Shown: positions 38,027 through 48,850 of the stretch, in pieces
Position numbering within the stretch: the first letter of the stretch is position 1
Layout: every line of letters begins with the position of its first letter
Assembly: GCA_030649135.1 (NCBI GenBank)
Contig: JAUSGI010000006.1
Span: 43,534 to 107,533 of the forward strand
Reading direction: 5' to 3'
Origin: a bacterium
GTDB taxonomy: Bacteria > Patescibacteriota > Minisyncoccia > Phycocordibacterales > Zambryskibacteraceae
DNA: 64,000 nucleotides
The notes under the pieces: model-generated
What the model saw: the letters and a program-made list of their open reading frames with translations, nothing else
What the model was told of the DNA's origin: nothing
Databases searched by the model: none
Position numbers and translations under genes: made by a program

Positions 38027-38257
38027 CTATCTCCTTTCTATCACAATTCCAATACATGCGTTTCCCCCACCAGCATCAGGGCAAGAGCGGCCATCGGGTG
38101 TTTTGCAAGAATTATCGATTTTAATTCCTAAACAGTCACACTCCCTGTGGATATACCCCCACGCGTAATTCGTATAATCGCAAGATTTGGGATAAATAAC
38201 ATAACCAATAAGGACAAGCCCTGTTATTATTAAAATAATTTGAATAGTTCTTTTCAT
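38027..38257 (-). CDS. small secreted Cys-rich protein
   Basis: 76 aa, N-terminal TM/signal, 8 Cys. Confidence 0.4.
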   Translation of the reverse strand: MKRTIQIILIITGLVLIGYVIYPKSCDYTNYAWGYIHRECDCLGIKIDNSCKTPDGRSCPDAGGGNACIGIVIERR

Positions 38258-38259
38258 AG

Positions 38260-38333
38260 CGCGGTCAACCGGACTTGAACCGGCAACCTCTCCCGTGACA
38301 GGGGAGTGCTCTAACCAGTTGAGCTATGACCGC
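38260..38333 (-). tRNA. tRNA-Asp (anticodon GUC)
   Basis: GCGGTCA/TGACCGC acceptor, anticodon loop CTGTCAC, T-loop TTCAAGT, discriminator G. CCA not encoded. Confidence 0.85.
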
Positions 38334-38375
38334 AATGGATTACAAATTAGCAGATTTTCGCCACTAATTCAATTG

Positions 38376-38446
38376 TGCCGGTGAATGGAATCGGACCATT
38401 GTTTGAGGCTTATGAGTCCTCTGTTCTGCCATTGAACTACACCGGC
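38376..38446 (-). tRNA. tRNA-Met (anticodon CAU; initiator, elongator or Ile2/lysidine not distinguishable)
   Basis: GCCGGTG/CACCGGC acceptor, short D-loop AATGGCA, anticodon loop CTCATAA with an A-G at the 31-39 pair, T-loop TCCGATT. 71 nt, no CCA. Confidence 0.65.
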
Positions 38447-38584
38447 AATAGCCTTGATACTATATTATGAAATCTTGATTTTCTCAATAAAAAGCGTATG
38501 ATGGGCGGGACAGCGGGTTGGAGGAGTAGTACCTCGACAGGCTCATAACCTGTAGGCATCCGTGCAAATCGGGTACCCGCAACA

Positions 38585-39262
38585 CTAAATTACCTGGAAT
38601 TCTTTAAAGACCTTCTCGAAGAGAGCAACAACTCGTTTGGTTTCGCGTTCGCTTAATTGAAAGTCTCCCCCAGAATGTGCGATGGCATTTCTGACTTTGT
38701 GCGCCTCCCAAGCATCGTCAATGGTCAGAAATTCATTTTTATCGGCCGACTTGAGCATATCGCCTACAGATTCCCCCAGGTAGCCAATGGTGCGTAAAAG
38801 CGATTCAAGCATCACATCTGCCTCGATGACAGCCAGACGCCAGTCCGAAGCATTATTGGAATTTGCATACTTCAGAACTTGCTCCCATTTCTCGTTTTTC
38901 GGCTCTTTGACGGCATCTCCGTCCGAGACAGAGGTTTCGGGAAGAGGATTATAAATTTTATTTTCTTCAATATTGATAGCTCGCAGTTTCCAAGAATTAT
39001 AAATAATACCAGCGATGGCAAGCAAACTCACAATAGCCGCCACAATCTTCCAAATTGGCCAGATATATCGGAGGAAGTAATCCACTATACGGGCCCAGAT
39101 ATCATTAATATTGCCCGCCCCCAAACTTTCGAGATAGTCAACTAGGGCGGCAACTATCGCTGCGAGGAGGAGAAGTCCCGCCAATAGAAAGATGATGCGT
39201 TCAACAGTTTTTCTGTCGCTGTTATCTCCCGTGACTTTTATTGGTTTTTTCTCTTCTGCCAT
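38585..39262 (-). CDS. membrane-anchored protein with C-terminal HEPN-like Rx4H motif
   Basis: Two N-terminal TM helices. C-terminal helical domain with WEAHKVRNAIAHSGGD (R-x4-H). Confidence 0.4.
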   Translation of the reverse strand: MAEEKKPIKVTGDNSDRKTVERIIFLLAGLLLLAAIVAALVDYLESLGAGNINDIWARIVDYFLRYIWPIWKIVAAIVSLLAIAGIIYNSWKLRAINIEENKIYNPLPETSVSDGDAVKEPKNEKWEQVLKYANSNNASDWRLAVIEADVMLESLLRTIGYLGESVGDMLKSADKNEFLTIDDAWEAHKVRNAIAHSGGDFQLSERETKRVVALFEKVFKEFQVI

Positions 39263-39271
39263 AGCTATATC

Positions 39272-40708
39272 TTATTCCCCCAGAAATTCTTTACCAGCGA
39301 CAAATAAATTATCTTCTCGTCCCAGACCGGCAGTCAGTTCGATACCAAGCGGTAGGGCATGGTCAAAACCGGACGGAATAGACATGGACGGCAGTCCGGC
39401 AATGTTGGCTGGTACGGTAAAAATGTCGGCTAAGTACATGGCGAGCGGGTCCGCTGTTTTTTCTCCGAGTTTAAATGCCGGAGTGGGCGTGGTGGGAGTT
39501 AAAATGAAATCAATTTCTTCAAATGCACGGTTCAATTCCGCCGTAATCAATGCCTTCATCTTTAGAGCGCTTCCGTAGTATTCATCATAATAACCGGAGG
39601 AAAGCACATAAGTGCCCAGGATAATTCTTCTGCGCACTTCCCTGCCAAAACCTTCGCCACGGGTTTGGAAATAATCTTCTATCACATCCTTACCATCTTT
39701 ATGAAAACCGTATTTCACACCATCAAAGCGTGCCAGGTTGGAAGAAGCCTCAGCCGGCATAATGATGTAGTACGTCGCCAGAGCATATTTAATATGTGAC
39801 AGTTCAACATCTTTAATTTCATATCCCAACGATTTAAATTTGTCCAACGCTTCTTTAAAATTATTCCTGATGCTCTCATCTATGCCTTCGCCGTCTACAA
39901 ACGCCTGTGGAATCCCTATGACCCGGGAGAACTTCTTCCCAGAAGCATACGTTTCTTCTGTTATTGTCGTACTATCAAGAGCATCCCTACCCTTCAATAC
40001 ATCATATAGGATTTCAGCGTCACCAACTGTCTTTGTAAATGGACCAATTTGATCAAGTGAGGAGGCGAGTGCAATAAGACCAGAACGCGATACCCTGCCA
40101 TAAGTGGGTTTGAGACCGACAACACCACAGAAAGCTGCCGGCTGCCTGATTGAACCGCCGGTATCGGAACCGAGAGCGGCCAGCGCAAGGTTAGCCGCCA
40201 CAGCCGCCGCCGAGCCTCCGGAAGAACCGCCGGGCACCAGAGATAAGTCATGAGGATTTTTGGTTACGCCATATGCCGAACTTTCGGTGGAACTCCCCAT
40301 AGCAAACTCATCCATATTGGTGCGCCCCAGGATAATAGCGCCGGCGTCTTTAAGTTTTTTGACTGCAGTGCTGTCATAAGGAGACACAAAGCCTTCGAGA
40401 ATTTTGGAGCCGGCAGTAGCACGCTTGCCATCCATGAGCATATTATCTTTAATCGCGACGGGAATACCGAGGAGCGGAAGGTTTTCCCCATTGGCTATTT
40501 TTTTGTCGGCTAGCTCCGCTTGTTCTGAAGCGTCCCCGAAGACTTCAAGAAAAGCGTGAATGCCTGCCCGTCCCTGTCCGGAGGGCGGGTCACCATCTTT
40601 CTCTCTGATAGCATCTAAATAAGTCTGGGTCAAGTCGTGAGCTGAAAACTCTTTTTTCTCTAAAGCATTCCGCGCGCTTTTTATGGAGAGTTTGGAAATA
40701 TTAGGCAT
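39272..40708 (-). CDS. gatA: Glu-tRNA(Gln)/Asp-tRNA(Asn) amidotransferase subunit A
   Basis: Amidase signature GGSSGGSAAAVA and the Ser-cisSer-Lys context. 478 aa. Confidence 0.9.
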   Translation of the reverse strand: MPNISKLSIKSARNALEKKEFSAHDLTQTYLDAIREKDGDPPSGQGRAGIHAFLEVFGDASEQAELADKKIANGENLPLLGIPVAIKDNMLMDGKRATAGSKILEGFVSPYDSTAVKKLKDAGAIILGRTNMDEFAMGSSTESSAYGVTKNPHDLSLVPGGSSGGSAAAVAANLALAALGSDTGGSIRQPAAFCGVVGLKPTYGRVSRSGLIALASSLDQIGPFTKTVGDAEILYDVLKGRDALDSTTITEETYASGKKFSRVIGIPQAFVDGEGIDESIRNNFKEALDKFKSLGYEIKDVELSHIKYALATYYIIMPAEASSNLARFDGVKYGFHKDGKDVIEDYFQTRGEGFGREVRRRIILGTYVLSSGYYDEYYGSALKMKALITAELNRAFEEIDFILTPTTPTPAFKLGEKTADPLAMYLADIFTVPANIAGLPSMSIPSGFDHALPLGIELTAGLGREDNLFVAGKEFLGE

Positions 40709-40992
40709 CAGAGAATTTTCTTTACCTTAATATGGCCACCTTCCCTCGCCGGAGCTTGCGCTAGAATCTTCTCGGTATAGAGACCGGACTGGTGGGGCTC
40801 TCCGTCCTCCCTAAAAACATTAGACAAACCGACATTCTCCAGTTTGTTGGTTTGTTGGTCACCTGTCGCAGCCTTGACCTCGCCGACATAATCGAGGATA
40901 GCGCTAAACTCACGAGTCAGGTTCTCTGCCTCCTCGTCTTTTAACTCAATCCTCGCTAGTTTGGCTAGACTTAGTACTTTTTCCTTATCCAT
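40708..40992 (-). CDS. gatC: amidotransferase subunit C
   Basis: 94 aa with the GatC-like pattern LAKLARIELKDEEAENL, directly upstream of gatA with a stop/start overlap. Confidence 0.8.
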   Translation of the reverse strand: MDKEKVLSLAKLARIELKDEEAENLTREFSAILDYVGEVKAATGDQQTNKLENVGLSNVFREDGEPHQSGLYTEKILAQAPAREGGHIKVKKIL

Positions 40993-40996
40993 GTCT

Positions 40997-43021
<2,025 letters not shown>

Positions 43022-43465
43022 TTAATATGTAACGCGCAAGGCACGCTCCACTCGTCGAGGGCTCAATAGACTACAGGTATTATAACCCTTTGATTCAATT
43101 CTGGTGGTACCGGTGGGCCCTTTGTTAACCGTCACAACGACACAAAATGGGTCCGGACTGAAGTCGAAAGTAAATGTGGACGTGGCAGAACCGCCGACCG
43201 GTATGTTGTTCTGATTGTTGCAACTTATCCTAGAGCCGGTCGAGGCGGAGAAGGCACTTGAGCCACTAGGATTTTGAACGTCCCAAAAGAGAGCGCATTC
43301 CACGCCGGAGTCTGCCGCGTAAAATGCCTGCTGTGATTCTCGGCCAGAAGTGGATACGAGCGCCTGTCTGACCGCCAGACTTACTATCCCTGTAGCAATT
43401 AGAAGGAGCGTTCCCGCCACAATCATCGCTATGAAAAGTGTGAAGCCTTTGTTTTTCATTGCCAA
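43022..43465 (-). CDS. type IV minor pilin / pseudopilin
   Basis: Prepilin-type N-terminus MKNKGFTLFIAMIVAGTLLL (G|FTLxE-like cleavage/methylation motif). Confidence 0.6.
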   Translation of the reverse strand: MAMKNKGFTLFIAMIVAGTLLLIATGIVSLAVRQALVSTSGRESQQAFYAADSGVECALFWDVQNPSGSSAFSASTGSRISCNNQNNIPVGGSATSTFTFDFSPDPFCVVVTVNKGPTGTTRIESKGYNTCSLLSPRRVERALRVTY

Positions 43466-43983
43466 TTTAAAATATTTTCTCTAGCCATGAACTGTCTGTT
43501 CACGATACCCTTTGACCAATCAACTGTCACCTTAACCGATATTTCATTCGCATTTATCTGTGTCAGGACAACTTCCCTCCTGAAAACGGTGGCCGGCCAA
43601 GTAGAATCGTAGCCGAAGAACCCTGTGGTTGCATTCTGCCGAAGCATCGGGCAATTCCCCGGTCCGCCACCGCAACGAGCAGGAACCGGGCTCGCTACGG
43701 GGTCGACAACACAGGCATTGCCGAAGTAACAGGGGTCACTTGAATTGAGAGACAATCCAGTGAGCCAATTTTGACTCTTTAAACCGTTTTCGTCGCGAAT
43801 ATTTCGCACCTGCTCGAATCCTTCTTGAGCGAGATAGAAAGCAATCACTTGGTCCTTCGAGAAAATGTATGACGAAATGCCTGACTGTACGGCACTTGCC
43901 ACACCGGTAATCACAAGTACCAGGATGGCAATCGAGACAAGACTTTCTATCATGGTAAATCCTTTGTTCATGTTATATATCAA
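43456..43983 (-). CDS. type IV minor pilin / pseudopilin
   Basis: Prepilin-type N-terminus MNKGFTMIESLVSIAILVLV. Confidence 0.6.
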   Translation of the reverse strand: MIYNMNKGFTMIESLVSIAILVLVITGVASAVQSGISSYIFSKDQVIAFYLAQEGFEQVRNIRDENGLKSQNWLTGLSLNSSDPCYFGNACVVDPVASPVPARCGGGPGNCPMLRQNATTGFFGYDSTWPATVFRREVVLTQINANEISVKVTVDWSKGIVNRQFMARENILNWQ

Positions 43984-44494
43984 AAGTCCGCTGGGATACG
44001 AGGGTCTCTAAGGTAAAGTCCGACCGACTTTTACCCGCACCGACATGGCTCTTGATTCTGACAATTACCTTGGGTTGCAAGGTGTCGCCAGTAGCTGCGC
44101 CTAGAGTGTAGAAAATAAGGTCATCGATAATAATCTCCGGCGCGGTTACCGCTATGTAGCCGCCACTACCGATTCGTTTTTGCATCGTCTCCCCATTCAG
44201 ACGATAGGTAATCTGCGCGTTATCACTCGAGAGAAAACTCATGAGCGTACCACCAGTGTTGCAATTTTGCGGTACGGTGACATTGCCGGCACCGCAGTGA
44301 TAATTGGTACCAAAACGCATTTCTTTTGACATGCTCTCCATGGCCAGATTGAGGTTGTTGAGCACGGTTTTTAGAGACCTGGATTTGCGATTGGCATCAA
44401 AGACACCAACAATCGAACCCATGGAGATAGTCATCACAATGATAAAAATGGATATGGCGACCATCAATTCAATTAAGGTAAATCCCTTTTTCAT
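43973..44494 (-). CDS. type IV minor pilin / pseudopilin
   Basis: Prepilin-type N-terminus [20 protein letters not shown]. Confidence 0.6.
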   Translation of the reverse strand: MKKGFTLIELMVAISIFIIVMTISMGSIVGVFDANRKSRSLKTVLNNLNLAMESMSKEMRFGTNYHCGAGNVTVPQNCNTGGTLMSFLSSDNAQITYRLNGETMQKRIGSGGYIAVTAPEIIIDDLIFYTLGAATGDTLQPKVIVRIKSHVGAGKSRSDFTLETLVSQRTFDI

Positions 44495-45156
44495 TGGACT
44501 GATATTTGACCAGTACTGTAGACAGTAACAGACCTGGTTGACCCACCTGGGCTCTGAAGCACTATCTTAGCCCCAATCATGTTCGGCGGATTAAATTGTC
44601 CCCCGCTAGTATTAAAGAAAATAAGTTGAGTCTCGGTATCTGGACGAGCAAAACTAATGTCCACTCGTCGAGCGACACTGCAGTTATCTGCACCAGAGCT
44701 TCGGACGACACAGAGTGATTCTATGTAGTTACCGCGAGAAATATCCACTTTTCCCAAACACTCTGAAGAGCCGCCTACAGGACACGACCAGTCCCCGTCG
44801 TAGCTTTGATTGGGAAGTGCCGGACCTATTGGGTCACGGTCGGCAAAAGAAAGATAGGCAGTATTGGAATCGGAACTAAGGAGACTAAACGCGAGACCAT
44901 AGGAAGCGTCGAACTCGCCTGAACCGGGAGAGAATTCTTTTACCCCTATGCCATACGCCTGTGCTTGAGAAACCGACGAACTGATTTCATCAGCTAATCC
45001 CATAAGAGCGGCCCCGTCGGTATAAGTAGACTGATTTGAGACCACGACGGTAAGTATCACAGACACTATGGCAAGAGAGACCATGAGCTCAACGAGAGTA
45101 AACCCCGCCACAGGATCGGCGGGCAGGCCACGATTGTTTCTAAAATAATGCAACAT
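44491..45156 (-). CDS. type IV minor pilin / pseudopilin (longer leader)
   Basis: PADPVAGFTLVELMVSLAIVSV. Start taken at MLHYF; the track ORF extends to 45228, overlapping pilD. Confidence 0.5.
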   Translation of the reverse strand: MLHYFRNNRGLPADPVAGFTLVELMVSLAIVSVILTVVVSNQSTYTDGAALMGLADEISSSVSQAQAYGIGVKEFSPGSGEFDASYGLAFSLLSSDSNTAYLSFADRDPIGPALPNQSYDGDWSCPVGGSSECLGKVDISRGNYIESLCVVRSSGADNCSVARRVDISFARPDTETQLIFFNTSGGQFNPPNMIGAKIVLQSPGGSTRSVTVYSTGQISVQ

Positions 45157-45889
45157 GAAGAATATCGAGATGAAACACCAAAGACATCCAAGCGCCCAAG
45201 ATGATAGCCGGCGCAAATGGCACCTCACTCTTCATTGTAAGCTTTTTAGCATCTTTAAGAAAGCCCGACTTATTTAAAAACAGATAAGTTAGCGAACCGA
45301 ATGACCCAATCCAAAAGGCAAGGACAATAGCAGAGAAGCCCAACGGAGCGCCCAAGAGTAATCCGACAGAGAGTCCAAGCTTGGCATCGCCGAAACCCAT
45401 AGCCCGACCACGGCTTACAAGCCAAATTAGTCCAAAGAAGATAAACAAAACGGGCCCCGCCAGCCAGTCCAACAGACTGCCACCGGAAAAAAGTTTCAAA
45501 ACCAGAGCCAGCAAAATACTCGTATAGACCAAAGTGTCCGGAATAATCTTATGTCTGAAATCGTAGATAGTGATAACTACATAGATACAAAATACGGGTA
45601 TAAAAATATATGGAACAGTAGCAAATAAGAGACCAGTCCAAAGTTCAATCAGAGGATACTGCCAAGAGATTTTTGCCTGGCATCCTCGGCACCTCGCCCT
45701 AAGCAAGAAGAAGCTTACAATCGGCACCAGTTCTTGCCACCGGAGAACTTTTCCACAGGAAGGACATGCCGACCGACCGCCTAGATTAGAAAGAACCCCG
45801 CCACGGCGGGGCAGGTCCCAACGCAAGCCAACCACATTGAGAAAACTGCCGACAATGGCGCCTAAAACAAAAAGGATGACCGTAGTCAT
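45140..45889 (-). CDS. pilD: prepilin peptidase (A24 family)
   Basis: N-terminal CxxC...CxxC zinc-binding cytoplasmic loop (CPSCGK...CRGCQAK); polytopic membrane domain with conserved Asp positions. Confidence 0.8.
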   Translation of the reverse strand: MTTVILFVLGAIVGSFLNVVGLRWDLPRRGGVLSNLGGRSACPSCGKVLRWQELVPIVSFFLLRARCRGCQAKISWQYPLIELWTGLLFATVPYIFIPVFCIYVVITIYDFRHKIIPDTLVYTSILLALVLKLFSGGSLLDWLAGPVLFIFFGLIWLVSRGRAMGFGDAKLGLSVGLLLGAPLGFSAIVLAFWIGSFGSLTYLFLNKSGFLKDAKKLTMKSEVPFAPAIILGAWMSLVFHLDILHVALF

Positions 45890-45930
45890 CCTTTAAGTAT
45901 AGCAAACCCACAAATTTGCTCTTTGTTGTT

Positions 45931-47883
45931 TTATCGCGCCATATCTTTCAATATGACCTGCATCTGGTCCAGTACTGCTTTCATACTCTCGAGTGCTACG
46001 GCATATTGTTGAGTTGTCGCCTGAACACTGCCTCCACTACCACCCCCGGATGCTCCTTCCACTATACTAAACGGCGCATCACTTTGATCTGATTTCCCCG
46101 TTTTAGAATCAGTGAACACGACTACATATTGACCAGCTGGAATGGGGCTCCCATTCATATCATAACCAACTTTCCACAGGAAAGAACTCTTACCGAGTGG
46201 TATCTTTTTGACAGGCTCTAGGGTATACAGAATACTCGGCATCATGGGACACATCTGGGTTTTTGTATCGCAGGGCTGAATCCAATTTGTAAGTGTAATA
46301 TCACCATAGGTCATAATATCAGACGGCGAAGAAAACAAGTCAATGGCTCTGTGAGTATCTTTCTCCCACACTTCTCCTCCATTCGGCGAAAGAATAGTGA
46401 CGAGAGGAGGAGCGCTGACTGTAAACATGAAGGAGTTACTCATGCCACCTGAGTTTATGACGGAAACGGGATGAGAGCCTGGCACTACCTGCCAGCGCAA
46501 GAGAGACAGGATACACATGCGGTCAGGAGGACAAGTGTTTAAATCGCTAGGAAGTGTAAAAGTTATGGTTGTCCCATTTGAACTAAGCCCATGCAGATAC
46601 CCTGCGCCAAATGCAACGCTGTTATTGGTAGAAGTAAAGTTACTGCCAGTGATGGTAACGTTCGTACCGACCATGCCCGAGACAGGCTTGAGGGCGGTGA
46701 TGGAAGGAGGCGCAACAACAGAACTGCCTACGGGTACACTAAGCGTATGCTCCGCGCTTCCGCCACGGCAGTCATTGGCCGTCGCCTTCACGGTGTATGT
46801 TCCTGATGCCGCCCATGCGTGAGACCGCGTGAAATTCCAGTTTTGCTTGTTTTGCTGATGTGGAATCGAGCACGGTCCCACCGCTCCGGGTCCGTCTCCC
46901 CACGATATGTCCCATGCAAGATCGTCGCCATCGGCATCGGTTGCCGCCCAGCTGAATGAGACAATCTGACCAACTTTGATGTCCGCGGGAACTGCGGGAA
47001 ATCCGTTGATGACAGGATAAATATTCGGACCAGCCCAACCCACTATTTTGAATTCTCTGTCGCTTGAATCGCAGATGCTTGTGCCGGACTGGCAGACTTG
47101 AATAGTATAATAATCACCATGGTAGGGAATATCGTAGCCCAGTCCGTACTTACCTACCTCCCAGCTATACGAAGAACTAGACACACCGTTGGCAATCTGA
47201 TACGAGTCATGACGCGGGGTACAAGTATAGATGGACGGTTCGCAGTAGTCGGCTGCTATTCTGATGTCGTACAGCCGTGACGGGCAAGGTAGACCGATTT
47301 GGCATGTAGTGGTCATGTTGTCCTGCCACTTAATCGTCTGCTTCGTCTCTTTACTCCACGTCTCTCCCCCATTCGGCGAAAGTACTGTAATGGAACCGAT
47401 GATTTCCGATGGCGGAGTATGGCAGGCCGTAATAATCCTTGCGCGTGTCTGTGACCCCACCACGCCATATCCTGTTGTCACCGGACTCCCCGAAGAAACG
47501 ATGCCCTGTTTCGCCTGCCAGCGCTGTACCGCTCTTTCAGTAGCTACGCCGTAGTAACCGGTGATTAACCCTTCCGGATAGACCGTTGGGTCGACGGCCA
47601 AGATTTGCTGTAATTTAGTCACTTCTCCCTCTGATGCCGCATCATTTATGCCGCGGGAGAGGGTGTGTGTGAATACAGGACACACCGAAGGAACTTGGGT
47701 TGGCCGCGATACAGGTTGCAGTTCAGTCTGACTTAAGTTGATTAATTGTTGTTGCAGTACCTGAATCTGCTCTTTGATTGCATTAATTTGCGCCTGAACC
47801 TCTGCACTTGTAGCAGCGAAACTCAAACTAGGTACGGCAAGTAGAACTAGCGACAGGGAAAGTAACGTGTATTTTTTAAACAT
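45931..47883 (-). CDS. large secreted protein with peptidoglycan-binding domain and beta-rich (Ig/PKD-like) repeats, embedded in the pilus locus
   Basis: Signal peptide MFKKYTLLSLSLVLLAVPSLSFA; PG_binding_1-like segment LQQILAVDPTVYPEGLITGYYGVATERAVQRWQ; Gly-rich linker GGGSGGS. Start taken at 47883; the track ORF extends to 48030. Confidence 0.55.
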   Translation of the reverse strand: MFKKYTLLSLSLVLLAVPSLSFAATSAEVQAQINAIKEQIQVLQQQLINLSQTELQPVSRPTQVPSVCPVFTHTLSRGINDAASEGEVTKLQQILAVDPTVYPEGLITGYYGVATERAVQRWQAKQGIVSSGSPVTTGYGVVGSQTRARIITACHTPPSEIIGSITVLSPNGGETWSKETKQTIKWQDNMTTTCQIGLPCPSRLYDIRIAADYCEPSIYTCTPRHDSYQIANGVSSSSYSWEVGKYGLGYDIPYHGDYYTIQVCQSGTSICDSSDREFKIVGWAGPNIYPVINGFPAVPADIKVGQIVSFSWAATDADGDDLAWDISWGDGPGAVGPCSIPHQQNKQNWNFTRSHAWAASGTYTVKATANDCRGGSAEHTLSVPVGSSVVAPPSITALKPVSGMVGTNVTITGSNFTSTNNSVAFGAGYLHGLSSNGTTITFTLPSDLNTCPPDRMCILSLLRWQVVPGSHPVSVINSGGMSNSFMFTVSAPPLVTILSPNGGEVWEKDTHRAIDLFSSPSDIMTYGDITLTNWIQPCDTKTQMCPMMPSILYTLEPVKKIPLGKSSFLWKVGYDMNGSPIPAGQYVVVFTDSKTGKSDQSDAPFSIVEGASGGGSGGSVQATTQQYAVALESMKAVLDQMQVILKDMAR

Positions 47884-47888
47884 ATTGT

Positions 47889-48329
47889 TTACGGGCAGGA
47901 AATCGCTCCAAGAGCAAGATTGGCCGGAATCAGTTTGGAAGCACCGGTACTGTCTACACACCATGCTTCTCCAGTAGTGGATGTTAATAGTAACGCCGAC
48001 ACCGCGTAGGCAGTACCATCTGTGTGGCATGAGAGATCAGCACCAGTTGGGTAGTTAGCAGGGTCGGTATATTGAACCATACTAGAATCAGCATCCGTGA
48101 AGAAAGCATCGGAACATACATCTGCGACAGCAGCGCCATAATTACTATTAGAATCGAAGTAGACTTCGGCGGCAGCTCGAAGGCCGGAAAGTTGCGCCTT
48201 AACCTTAGCATCATTGCCCTTGCCTCGCGCAGTATTGAGGGATGCCAGCACCACCGATGAGAGAATGCCGATAATAGCGATAACTACCAGAAGTTCGATG
48301 AGGGTGAAGCCTCTTTCTTTTCTAACCAT
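47889..48329 (-). CDS. pilA: type IV major pilin (PilA-like), copy 1
   Basis: [47 protein letters not shown]; two C-terminal Cys. Confidence 0.75.
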   Translation of the reverse strand: MVRKERGFTLIELLVVIAIIGILSSVVLASLNTARGKGNDAKVKAQLSGLRAAAEVYFDSNSNYGAAVADVCSDAFFTDADSSMVQYTDPANYPTGADLSCHTDGTAYAVSALLLTSTTGEAWCVDSTGASKLIPANLALGAISCP

Positions 48330-48352
48330 ATATTCTTTAGGAAATTTAACTA

Positions 48353-48784
48353 TTAACAGCTAGTGGTAGTAATGGCTGTAGTCCTAGTTTTCGAACTACC
48401 GAGACTATCAACACACCAAGAATTTGTGCCTCCAACTCCTGGCAAGAGGGCAGAAACGGCATAAGCCGAAACGGATGACCGGCAAGTGAGAGTAGCATTT
48501 GTCGGGTAATTTCCTTGAGTGGTGTACTGCACCATGCCGGAAAGTGTGTCATTAAACATGCCCGCACCACAGCCTGGGTTGGAAGCCGGGCCGTAATTTC
48601 CGACAGTGTCGAAATAAATTTCTGCCGATGCTCGCAGGCCGGAAAGTTGAGCCTTAATCTTGGCATCATTGCCCTTACCTCGCGCGGTATTGAGGGATGC
48701 CAGCACCACCGAAGAGAGAATGCCGATAATAGCGATAACCACCAGAAGCTCGATGAGGGTGAAACCCTTTGTTCTTTTGTTCAT
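48353..48784 (-). CDS. pilA: type IV major pilin (PilA-like), copy 2 (tandem paralog)
   Basis: [47 protein letters not shown]. The N-terminal roughly 50 aa are nearly identical to copy 1; the C-terminal half has diverged. Confidence 0.75.
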   Translation of the reverse strand: MNKRTKGFTLIELLVVIAIIGILSSVVLASLNTARGKGNDAKIKAQLSGLRASAEIYFDTVGNYGPASNPGCGAGMFNDTLSGMVQYTTQGNYPTNATLTCRSSVSAYAVSALLPGVGGTNSWCVDSLGSSKTRTTAITTTSC

Positions 48785-48850
48785 AATAACTTTAACAATT
48801 TTATCTATAACTTATAAATCACCTATTTTGAGTGATAAGCCCATTATACC

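Noticed and set aside
46517-47554. Small ORFs on both strands inside the 651 aa PG-binding protein gene.
   Set aside because: Nested within a continuous 1.95 kb reading frame that has a signal peptide and domain structure.
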